From: Kudoa neothunni
Taxonomy: Eukaryota > Animalia > Cnidaria
Reading direction: 5' to 3'
NCBI GenBank assembly: GCA_964304625.1
Contig: OZ199840.1
Location: 6,761,252-6,825,251, forward strand
DNA length: 64,000 bases
Shown: piece after piece, positions 53,060-64,000 of the stretch
Position numbering within the stretch: position 1 is the first letter of the stretch
How the letters are laid out: each line of letters opens with the position of its first letter
Translations under genes and position numbers: made by a program
The notes under the pieces: generated by a model
What the model saw: the letters and a program-made list of their open reading frames with translations, nothing else
What the model was told of the DNA's origin: nothing
Database searches by the model: none

Positions 53060-56000
53060 CCCTCTAATGAATATGGGGTACAGTCGTGCCTCGGTATTGC
53101 GTAGTAGCCCAATATCTCTTGTATTTGTTCTATTTTAGTTAAATTGGAAAATATATTAGATACATTAACGCTAATATTATAAAATTATTGTAAAGAAAAA
53201 ATTTTTAAATAAACCAAAACGTATATTATTCGATATTGCGAAGTGATTTTGCATTGCGTAGTAAATTCAAAGTCCGGATTGTGTGTTTGATTCGAGAGTG
53301 CAGCGAGATATTGCTGAGAAGAATAAAACTATTAGTTATTATAATTCAATTAAAAGTGCAAAAAAATGACCGTAATGAAATTCGGATTAAGTATTCAAAT
53401 GTTTTTACTTTATATTAATAATAACGATAATTTTTGTTAAGAATATTCAACTCTCAGTAGAATTCTCTCAATGGAACAAAAAATTACTGATTCCAATATT
53501 TCTAACAAGAGAAAACAATTTTCTAGCGGTAAACATGAAGATGTCGATACCGAAGTTTATAATTGGATCGTAAATGCTCGAAATAATAAAAAACCAATTT
53601 CTGGCGAAATTATAATAGCAAGAGCACTGTCAACCGCCAAAGAAAAGAATATTGACAATTTTAATGCAAGTAGAGGATGGCTGGCTTGCTTTAAAAATAG
53701 ATTTGGACTTCGTTCCGCAAGACTTCATGGGGAAGCATCTAGTGCTGATTCTTCTTCAATCTATGCTTGGAAATTTGAGAATAAATATATTTTGCAAAGT
53801 TACGATCCAACAAATATTATTAATGTTGATGAGACTGCGCTTTTTTACCAACAAATTAATAAGCAAACTTACGTATTAAAAGCAGAACAAGATGTCCGAG
53901 GATCTGAAGTGTCCAAGAAGCATGTTACGGTTTTAGTATCCGCGGCCTTAGATGGTTCAAAATTACCATTATTTGTAATTGGTAAATATCAGAAGCCTCG
54001 TCGTTTTAAAAATATATCCCATCTACCAATTGAATATTTTTCACAGAAAAACTCATAAATAAACACCTCTATCTTTTTTCAAATTATGAAAAAATTTAAC
54101 AATATGTTTGAAAAAGAGAATAGAAAAGTTTTAATTTTATTAGACCAATGCCCCTCCCACCCTAAAGACATGGAGGGTCTAGAAAATATTAAATTTTTAT
54201 TTTTGCCGAAGAATACTACATCGATATTATACAGCCTTGCGATTTAGGAATAATTAACTCATTAAAAAGCAATTATAAAAAAATTCTCCATTCCATTAGT
54301 GTATTGGATGATAATGAATTAATATTAAAAAACTATACTTTATTCGACTGTTTAAAAACGTTAAAAAATGCTTGGAATAATGTTTCGAAGGAAACAATAA
54401 TTAATTGTTTTAAAAAGTCAGGTGTTTTTGATGAAGGTAATTTTTGATTAAAATTATAAATATATGTTTGATAGCATCAACAACTATCCAAGAAATTCAA
54501 GAATATGATAACATTAATGAAGGTATTTTATCAAAAATTATTTTTCTAAAATTAACTAGACTCAGTTGATGATGTATCATCTTCTGAAATTAGCGAAAAA
54601 GTTCACGATGAAGCAAACTCCTCTCCCGTCATTAATAGCGACATAGATGATCTATCTGAAAATGAAAAGGATGAAACAAAGCTATAAAAAAGGTCTCCAC
54701 AAAGAAAATTAGAGAAGCAATACAAACTTTAAGAGAAACTTTTATCGCGGAAGAACCAGAAAGTTTATTCGACCTACACCCTGTAATGGACCGACTGATC
54801 TCAATACCAAAAAAAGAGAACTCCAAACCACCAAAACGGACTTTTTTCACAAAAAATTAAAAGAAACCTCATTTAAAAATTAACTTATATTTTCATTTCT
54901 GGATTCTATGCTTAAAAAAAATAGGTTAAATCATGAAAATACAATTTCCCTTCAATACGCGAGCGCGAGTATCGGTATTGCGTACTAATTTTGTATTGCG
55001 TAGCAAAACTGAATCCCCGATTTACTTCGCAATATCGAGGTTTGACTGTATATTTATATCCCGAACGATTCTAGACTCCAATTTTTTACTTCATAGAATA
55101 TCAAAATTATTTTGACAGCCCTTTCTAATCTAAAAATATTTTTTTATCTACTAAAATTAAAATTTTATTTTTTATAATTAGGAAAAAAATTATCTTATTA
55201 TACCTTCCAATTAACATTGGGATATAAATATATCCCACATTTTTTGTTGATAGAACTATATAAAATGTTAAAATATATCTTTTGGCAAGTTTTAAGAAAA
55301 TTTTATCGAACAAATTTTGAGTAAACCAACAAACATTACCTTTTATTTATTTGCACACATGTGCGAAACTATTTACTTTCGAATGAGTTTGAGTGATTAT
55401 AACGGAAGCTGCTCTGATACTGATTCATCAGACAACGATTATTTTCCTACGGGTTATATTTTATCGGATGGTTACAATGTTGATTCAAATATCCAGATAA
55501 TTTCACTTTTGGGTAAAAATGGAACTTTATGAGAGACTGGACCTCTGTTACCCACTAGAACAACAGCCGAAAACACGATGTATAATCTCTTCTGTATTGC
55601 TTCTTGAATATCTCAAAATGTAAATAATGAAACTGATTCGTTTCGAGTATTTTTGAACGAAGAAATGTATGAAATTGTTTTGAAATACAATTTCGGCAAC
55701 GCATGGACAGAGTTAGACCAAATGGAATTGGATGGCTTTATCGGATGTCTTTTATTGATGGGTGCTCGTAGGGATAATCAAGAACCTATTTCGGAATGAT
55801 TTGGCCCAGATGAAGGGAGGATGATTTATCGTGATTTATTTGCTTTGAACCGATTTAGGCAAATAATGCGATCTGTCCATTTTGACGACATGGAAACCAG
55901 GGCACTTGAAAGAAAACCGATAAATTTTTCCATATCGCGAGTTACGGAATATTTGAGATAATTTACTCATTCGAAGCTTTCGTCCTCTGGAAAATCTCTG

Positions 56001-57269
56001 CATGGACGAGCAACTTGTTGCATTCAGAGGTCGCTGCAAATTAAAACAGTACATGTCGTCGAAGCCTGTCAAGTACGGAATAAAGTTTTTTTCGTTGGTC
56101 GATCCTGAATCAACCTGTGTATCTAGCATAAGTGCGTATTTGGGGAAACGAAGTAATGAAGCTGTTAGAGCAGTCAACGTTGATAAAAATATTGTTTTAC
56201 AGCTATTAGAACCATTTTATGGTTCAGGGAGAAATTTAGTGTGACAATTTTTTTACCACCGTTGAACTGGCCGACGATTTACTCGAGAGAAGAATTACGG
56301 TAGTTGGGACGATGCGCTCAAATAAAAGTGAAATCTATCCCAACTTGCGACCTAAAAAAATAACCCAATTAATTCTTCCAAATCTGTTTTTCACGACAAA
56401 AAAATGTTATTAAGATACCTGCCGCGCAAAAGTAAACCAGTCTATATGTTTTGTTCTTTGACGGCCAACGTTCACACGGCGACAGAACCACCGCATAAAC
56501 CTGACGTTATAGTTTATTTTAATGCTATAAAAAGTGGGGTTGATACGATTGCTAGATTGTTAGCTTCAGTGAGTGTGAAAAGAATCACTCGTCGTTTTTT
56601 AATATGTTTGACATTTCTTTTATCAACGCTTTCTGTATTTACAAAAACGTATTTAATTCGTCAAATCTTGTGAGGTGGGATTTCCTAAAAATGGTTGCCG
56701 AACAGTTAGCTGGTCAATTAGTTTCAAGGAAAAACCAAATTGTGATACCAATTAACCCGTTAAATACATCCAGAGATTCATCCGTCAACAATAATTATTC
56801 CGAATGTCGATTTTACATAAGAAAAAAGACAGAAAAACAACAGTAAGATGTGACATCTGTTCTTCTCCCTGTTTTAAGCTCCACTTAAATGTTTTTGTAC
56901 GATATGTTTGAATCGTTAACACTAACATTCTATTTTCTTGTTGTTTAGCAGTATTTCACATGCGTTTTTATATATAGACACTAGGATTACTTGTCTGTAA
57001 CTTAAGCATAGTTTGACGAAAAAATGAGGTAACTTTAATAAATATTCAAAGTAAGTGTCAAAACAGACATCTTGAATGTTGCTGCGCATGCGCGAACAAC
57101 ATTTATTAACAGTTTGTGGCTAATTACACAAATTTATTCAATAGAATTTTCTAAAATTTTTACAAATTAATATTTTTTTTTATCATTATTAATTTATCAA
57201 AAAATAATGTGGGGTATATTTATACCCCAAAATGACTTGGTATGAGTAAAATTTTGAGTTCTTAGAGGG
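53060..57269 (+). mobile_element. piggyBac (PGBD4-like) transposon with TTAA TSD, interrupted by pogo C; transposase pseudogene about 55383-56910
   Basis: TTAA|ccctctaa ... ttagaggg|TTAA (53056-59, 57270-73); subterminal palindrome ggggtatatttataccc; acidic N-terminus, DEQLVAFRGRC..QYMSSKPVKYGIK, NFFTT, GTMRSNK, GVD, decayed Cys-rich tail. Confidence 0.9.
53081..55048 (+). mobile_element. pogo/Tigger transposon C (relative of A), TA TSD, defective
   Basis: TIRs cagtcgtgcctcggtattgcgtagta / cagtcaaacctcgatattgcgaagta; ASRGWLACFKNRFG, NVDET, LLDQCPSH; stop at 54056-58; introns 54437-54474 and 54523-54559 flank a 48-nt exon as in element A. Confidence 0.92.
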
Positions 57270-58038
57270 TTAACGAAAAACGTAAACTCCATGTATACAA
57301 CACTTACATCTTTAATAAGTGCAGAAAACAGTTACCCATATAAACACGTCAGTCGTGTAAAAATGTGACATTGTTATCAAGTCCTATTGCATCCTTCAGC
57401 CTATCAAATATTTGTTTATGGTGAAAATATCCCCTAATCTGACTTCTGACAATGAATGGATAGACTGAAAGATATTCATAAAGATTGGGCTAGGATCGAG
57501 CTCTAACTGTTGGATATACTTAGATGGGCGTGGCCTTAAGTATTAAGTTATCGCATTATCGAATAAAATATTGAGTAGGATGAACTATAATAACGGGCAT
57601 GCGATTTTTATTTTGTTTATAGTCCGTAAGAATAATCGTCATGAACTGATTGAATTTAACTGAAAATATAATTTGTTGCTTAGTTTTTTGTTGATTGGGC
57701 TGATTAATTAATCGATAGAAAATGCATTAAATAGGTTTACTTGCTAGGTTTAGGATACTTTTAACAATACTTGTGAAATAAATCAAAAAATTAATTCTAA
57801 TTTCCGAAAATCAATTTACTAAGTGTAGAGAGTTTAAGACGTTGCTTGGTACATCATTCAATGCAATAGATTACGATTAAAACTTATCGAACGTCAGATA
57901 GAAGTAACATTGGTCCAGTAATGCCACCGATACAAAGCTTACCAATAAGCGTCTTATTCGGGTTATGTCGACGCAGTTGGGGTGCGGAAGCTGTCGTTGC
58001 TACCCCATATGAATTAACTGGGTTGAATCCAATTCAAG

Positions 58039-59381
58039 ATGAGCCATCAAACAGGAATTACAGGTAATATTCACATTAGAATTGATCTGTGGTTGAAAAT
58101 TAATTCGCCCTTAATTTAATTGACAGCCAGTGAGAATTTAAATGATATTTTGAAACAAGCAAAATCAGGGGTTTTCCGAATGCTTCAAATCGTTATAACT
58201 AATGGTAGATTTTTATTTTGGAAATTTTCCGTATTGATTTTCAATAAAGAAAAACTTGAGCTGGCTGTCAAAACAACGCCCAGCGGTTCATTCGCCCAAG
58301 GTATTTTTGACACGATCTCACTCCTCCCCGATTTTAATGACAAATCAATTCAGATTACGATAAAGATGTCAAAACACATTTGGAAGAGTTGTGTTGCTGT
58401 TATTTTTTAATTAGATGTGACGAGAAAACTAATAATGACGATTACAAATGGATATTGATATTGTTTACCCCTGATAAAGCTCCAGTCAAGGACAAAATGT
58501 TGTATGCCGCTACAAAAGCTTCTCTTAAAACAATTTTTGGGGATGATTTGATCGCTCACGAATTACATGGTACTGTTATGGTATTTTCAACTGGTTTTAA
58601 TTGTAAACCTCCATTCCAACACTATACCTGTAATAGAGTGATGTTGACTACGATGGCTATGAAAAACATGTTGTATCTTTAAAGGCTGCACCTCCCTTGA
58701 CTCATTCAGAAAAACAATATGCTGAAATAAAGAAAAATGAAGTAATGTAAAGCCGTGTCATTTTTCTAACAATGAAAATGTGTTTCTTAGGCACACCGTT
58801 CCATTCTTGATAAAGCTGAAACATTGCGTGGTGTGTGTTTTCCTGTAGATAGTGCGGTATTGGATTCGTTCTCCAAACTCTCATCAGATTCTATCAATTA
58901 CATTGAATTGGTAGAAACGTATATTTTTTGTCCATCTGCTAATTTGCTTAAGATTGTCGACTCGTCTAATGAAATAATTAAACTTGGCTGCGCAAAAAAA
59001 TGTGGTATCAATGAATTGTCAACATTTGAATCCAAGGAACCTCGTTACCATCTCATCAAACATAAATATGACCATAATGGCAATTCTATGTCTGCTTTAG
59101 GTATATTTTTTATCTGCTTCACTGCAAATTGATTGTGTATTCTAGTGTTTATTTATACTATGCCTGGTTACTCTTGTCCTATCAAAGACAGAATGATGTA
59201 CTCTTCGTGTAAAGGGCCACTCATCGATATATTTGAAAGCAAACATGGAAAATTTGATAAAAAGATGGAAGAAGAAAACCTCTCTATTATCAACGAAAAA
59301 TACCTTTACGATGAATTACACCCACCTGAAGTAGTTGAGAGAGTAGCCTTCGCCAAGCCTAAGCGGCCTGGTCGTCGATAA
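58039..59381 (+). CDS. TWF: Twinfilin (two ADF-H domains plus C-terminal tail), 8 exons
   Basis: MSHQTGITA start; KDKMLYAATKASLK, APPLT, GVCFP, KDRMMYSSCK, FAKPKRPGRR; introns 58064-126, 58205-249, 58301-353, 58581-636, 58742-790, 58911-952, 59101-145, all GT-AG. Confidence 0.95.
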
Positions 59382-61691
59382 CTTGATTTCAAACTTTTGT
59401 TCTATTAATTATAAATACCTTTTTAGTTAAAAATTAAATATAGATAAAAATATGCTTGAAATTCGTTGTTTGACGTTTTCTATATCTAGCTTATGTGATG
59501 TGTAATACTCACAACTCAGCAAGAGTTCCTAAAATTACTTCTTTTCGAATAAATTTCACGTTTTTTTCATCTTTAATTTTTTCCTCTTATTAAAATGTTT
59601 AAACACTAATCGATGCATATTTGACGAAAGATGCCGTTCAGTAATAATTTTTTAGTATTTTGCAGTAAATTATCACTTTATGCAGCTCATACATTATGAA
59701 GCTTGTAAGCTGGTTAGTGAAGGAGCAAACAAATTCTTGTATGTGAGCAGTGCCATAGTATACTAGTGTAAACAAAGCGAGTCCCTCGCTGACGATTTAA
59801 CGTGGTCTGAATGTTTCAACAGACAACCGAGTGAGCATAAACTTTCATAAATGTATGGATTCCGCAATGGAGTCGTTAGTTGTCTCTTATTTCCTCTAAT
59901 TTATATCAGTTAATAGATCCATTTTCGGTTGTGTATCATTTTGGACACCTATTAAATTCAATAAAACTCTCTTAAATTAGGTGGAGTTTCAACATTATAC
60001 ACAAACTAAAAAATCGCCGGAGAATTAACTACGCATACTGTGAAAATTAGACTAGGTTAGGCCTATTGTTATTTTCATTAAAAAAATCCATCATATAAAC
60101 TTTTTCAAAAGGTAATGGCCATATCTCAGGGAATGAATACCTCTAAAACTACCCCATATATTTTATTCATATTTAACATATTGTTTAATATTTACGTAAC
60201 TTAATTTGTTTGTAGATTTTCGAAAAATTTGAAGGATAATAAATTTTCAGTAATTCAACCTTCCTAAGTTCATCTATACTCAAATGTAATTATCATATAT
60301 TTTTGAATATTTCGATAAAAAAAGCATTTTCCCTTTTTAGATGAGTCGATTTAAATAATTAATTTTTCACTTAAAAGTAATTTAAGCGACTATTGTATTC
60401 TTTCTGGTTGGAATGGTAAAAGATGCGTTCTAGCATGTTCATGTGTGGAATATTGTTGATTTCTTTCAAAAATCTATATATGTATTGTCCTAATAAAATG
60501 TGAATAATTAAAATTTCGATCATTACTAACACTACTCTTCTCTTCTAAAAAATTGTGTATTCGTCGATGAAAATTTCATATGGAAACAGATTTTTAAATG
60601 AGTCCTATAATTGAAAATAATAAATAAAATGTTTCAACAATTGCTGACTAGAAAAAACAGTTATAAATAGAAATATTCGAACAGGAATTAAAATAAAAAC
60701 AATTTTTACAATGATGTTGGCTAATATAACGTTTGAATTTTTTGTGCAGAATTTTTCGACAAATCCATAAGGTCTATCAATCTACTGGGAAAAACAACTA
60801 AGAACCACGATTATGTTTTTATCGTTCGTTGTCCCAACAAATGTGATTATTTATTGGCGAATTCAATATGCACAATATAATATAGTTGAAGATATTTGTG
60901 AAAATAAAGAAAACGGGAATATTTTATAATTTAGTTCCTGATCATGAGAATTAGGAGTTTTCTATTGTTTTAATAGGGATCTCATTTATCAAAATTCCCC
61001 AACCTGCCACAAATAATGAATTATAATCTCATAAGATACAATTAAATAATAGTGATAAAGTTAAAAATAGCAGAGAATGGTTTTTATTAAAATTTACGTT
61101 GAAATATTATTATTATTATTATTGGATTTTTTAAAACTTCAGAATTCCATCGAAAATAGAGTTAATTGTAAGCGCAGAAAGAAGTCATATTTCAGAAATT
61201 ATGAATATATAGATTTATAAAATAATATATTACATCAATATACTCGGAAAACTCAATATTAGGTAATAAGTTTGTTTTCACAATATGACAACGGTTATAT
61301 TTTACGATTTTTACTTCGCATGATCAAGTCATCATATACTCCATTTATTTTAGAAATACATAATGATATGGGAAAAAGATAAGGGAAATTTTTATATTAT
61401 TTTGTATCTAATATAATAAATTGTTTATTTATCCCAATTTTTTAAATATATGATAATCACATTTGAATATTGAGAATTTAAGGAGGTTGGATTACTGAAA
61501 ATTAATTTTTATTCAAATCTTTATAAAACTTACAAAAAATTAAGTTAAGTAAGTATTAGATATTATTTAAAATATAAATAAAATATATGTAGGAACTTTA
61601 AAAGATATTCATTCCCTAAGATATAACTGAGCGCGATCCGAATTATCAGGTATCTGAGATATGACCACTACCTTTTCAAAATGTATATATA

Positions 61692-62445
61692 CAGTATTTC
61701 AGGGACTAAGATACAAAATTTTCCAATCAAGATGCAAACATGGCGCTCTCTAATCAGTTTTAAGTATCAAGATTCAGATACGCCCGTTGAACCAGAAAGT
61801 GTTAATAAATCAGAAGAAAATACGAAATTGTAATAAGATAGATTAGGAAAAAGGTGTTCCAACAACTCCAAGTATTTATATTTTGATATAATTTCTAAAG
61901 CCATTCAGAATGGGAAGACCAACCGTAAATATTTGAGTCCCTGAGCATTCACGAATCTACGATAAGTAGAATGATCGTAAAGATAAATGAAACGGGATCG
62001 GAAGAAAGACTGGAAACAGGTGGAGATCGATGTTCATTATTGAACGCCGATCAAAAAAAAGTTTATTCTAATGAGGTGGATGACAACTGTACCCTATCCC
62101 TTACATAATTATCTGAACGGGTCTTCGAGAAATACTCCATTCGGGTTCCTCTACAAACCTTCTTCAGGGTCCTGAATGAATTTCACTATACCCTGAAAAA
62201 ATATCATTAGTGCTAATGGACAAGAATTCTCTTAGAACTATTTCATTAAGATACGAGTATAAAATTAATGTTGATAATTGGCTTATGGTTTTCTTAGTTA
62301 CGTGAACGAATACATCCGCCTGGAACCAGAATATTCCGAAATTCTATTTTTTGACGAATCTAGGTTTTCTCTGTCAATTCGACGTTCTCGAGGCAGATCA
62401 CTTACGGGAGCTAGAACAAACTTAAAAGTGAAATCTATTACAGAG
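61692..62445 (+). mobile_element. 5' part of a degenerate IS630/Tc1 element related to 51123-52655
   Basis: TA|cagtatttc terminus; VDDNCT, FHYTLK, FFDESRFSLSIRRSRGRSLTGARTNLKVKS; introns 61872-61908 and 62257-62297. Confidence 0.8.
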
Positions 62446-62876
62446 GTGGCCAATTTTAAGGTTACCTCAATTTTCAAGAGCTGCAAGACATTAAAATCAT
62501 TTATGTACCCCTTCCTTAGTTAAAACTTATATTTTTGGAAAATTTTTGTAAATATTAAGATATGATGTTGTAGACTTATAAATAAAGGTTTTTCAATTTT
62601 TTTATTCAGAGAATCACTGGAAAACTTACATATAATTTTTACAGGCATAACCTATGATGGTTTTTCCAAAAAAGTAGATTAGTAGTTAATAATCCAAGAA
62701 ACTCGTTCTCATTGAAAAAGGTCAAAAACTTAATAAAATATTTTTCATATTTAATTATATAAAGTAGTCTGACAAAAAATAAAATTAAATATTTATGAAT
62801 AAAGTAATAACATAACATTAGGATTTAATATTTTCGAACGTTTTTTTTAGAAATTGTTTCTAATTTTACAAGTTAT

Positions 62877-63472
62877 TTATGTTTCTGTATTATCAGTGAG
62901 CTGATGGTAAGCTGGTTCGTACGTTGTTAACGCTGTACGAATTAGTTCTGTTAGGTGTTTATTTGCGAGAGGAGGTTCCAGATGCTTCGATTGTACAAAC
63001 TTTATTGTTGAATAAATAGACTCATAACAATAAGTTGTTCCAACGGTAGTAACAAATTTGAAGCGAATTTCTTTTAATTTGGAAAATGTAGTTTCCAGAA
63101 CGTATTTCCACAATTCGGTTGGTAAGTTGGAATTACGAGCCATATCTAAAGCTTTAATGCGCGTTTTATTCTTTCGACGTCTATCACTTTGGTAATGGAT
63201 AAACACTAGTTCTACTTGTATTTCCTAATGGAACTAGTAATAATTCAAATTTTCATCAAATCTTAAAACTATACGGTAATTTTTACCTATGTTTTCTAAT
63301 CAAATATATTATTTAGTTTACGATTAGAGAGTTCATTTCTTCACTTGATTAAGCAGTTCAAACTTTGTACTTTTGTGAATAAACGTTACAGTGAATTACA
63401 AAAAATTAAACTAAAAAAAATTTTTTCAAGAGCCATACCATAACGTTCAAAGAGTCACAGTGGCCACCCTTG
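62877..63472 (-). mobile_element. Deleted hAT (GTF2IRD2/Charlie-like) remnant
   Basis: C-terminal GTTYCYESIYSTIKFVQSKH..L...HL.ELIRTALTTYEP; TIR-like caagggtggcca at 63472 (minus strand). Confidence 0.65.
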
Positions 63473-63623
63473 ATCTATTAGATCCTAAAATATTACGTTA
63501 ATAGCGACCATGAGCAGTAACAAGATTTGAGGATTTAAAATTTACACAGGCGGTGCGAACCAATTTGTTTTTTCCCTCATTTATGAAGGATCTTTTTGGA
63601 AATTTTTAAGCAAATTCAATTAA

Positions 63624-64000
63624 CCCTCCGTCACATGCATGGGGTCCAATGGAGCCACGTGATTTCAATCTGCAAATAGCTATCGTTGTGTTGTTTGTGG
63701 TAGCACTAAAATTAAAATATTCATGTTTTTTTACGTTTTCTTCAAAATGAAAATAGGAAATGGATTTTAGATAATTTTTAAAAGATAATTTTGATGATTT
63801 GTTTTCATCAGACTCGGACACGAGCAGTACTTATTCTGATTTTGATGATTGTTATGATGAAAAAAAGCGACGATTCAAGCTCAGATGTATCGTCAAAAAG
63901 TAATATTATAGAATAAATAAATATTTCTTAAATAAAGGGTTTAGGTGATAGCGAACATTGGTTATACTATAACAATTTTGAATGGAGCTCAAAGCCTGTG
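63624..64000 (+). mobile_element. Left end of another piggyBac-like element running off the window
   Basis: TTAA|ccctccg..., imperfect palindrome tggggtccaatggagcca, followed by acidic DDLFSSDSDTSSTYSDFDD coding remnant. Confidence 0.55.

Noticed and set aside
54050-54065. RIP-like hypermutation (TGG ATG to TAA ATA in pogo C)
   Set aside because: One local cluster; other young elements show no pervasive C-to-T pattern
1-64000. CRISPR arrays, rRNA, tRNA or telomeric arrays
   Set aside because: No regularly spaced repeats or structural RNA signatures seen

Overview
AT-rich eukaryotic (most likely metazoan) genomic DNA with very short spliceosomal introns (mostly about 36-70 nt); such introns and gene content would fit a compact animal or animal-parasite genome, but the organism cannot be identified from the sequence. 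Five host genes can be reconstructed by hand-splicing: a ZnT/SLC30A1-type zinc exporter (-), an MRPS26-like mitochondrial ribosomal protein (+, mostly missed by the ORF track), an hnRNP U/UL1-like SAP-SPRY-P-loop protein (-), RTEL1 helicase (+) and twinfilin (+). They sit among dense cut-and-paste DNA transposons: Merlin, IS630/Tc1, pogo/Tigger, hAT, MULE, piggyBac and Helitron-like ends. I recognised no retroelement. Many elements can be delimited exactly by TIRs and TSDs. The most striking pattern is that transposases of three families (pogo, IS630/Tc1, MULE) carry host-sized mini-introns, some at positions conserved between diverged copies. In the pogo elements, 3' introns separate the catalytic core from a C-terminal PIP-box tail. 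Other notable points are a pogo nested in the subterminal palindrome of a piggyBac, a near-intact Tc1/IS630 element with a GC-AG intron, a MULE with near-perfect TIRs but three in-frame stops, and a candidate poison exon in hnRNP U. All calls come from manual reading; no database searches were run.
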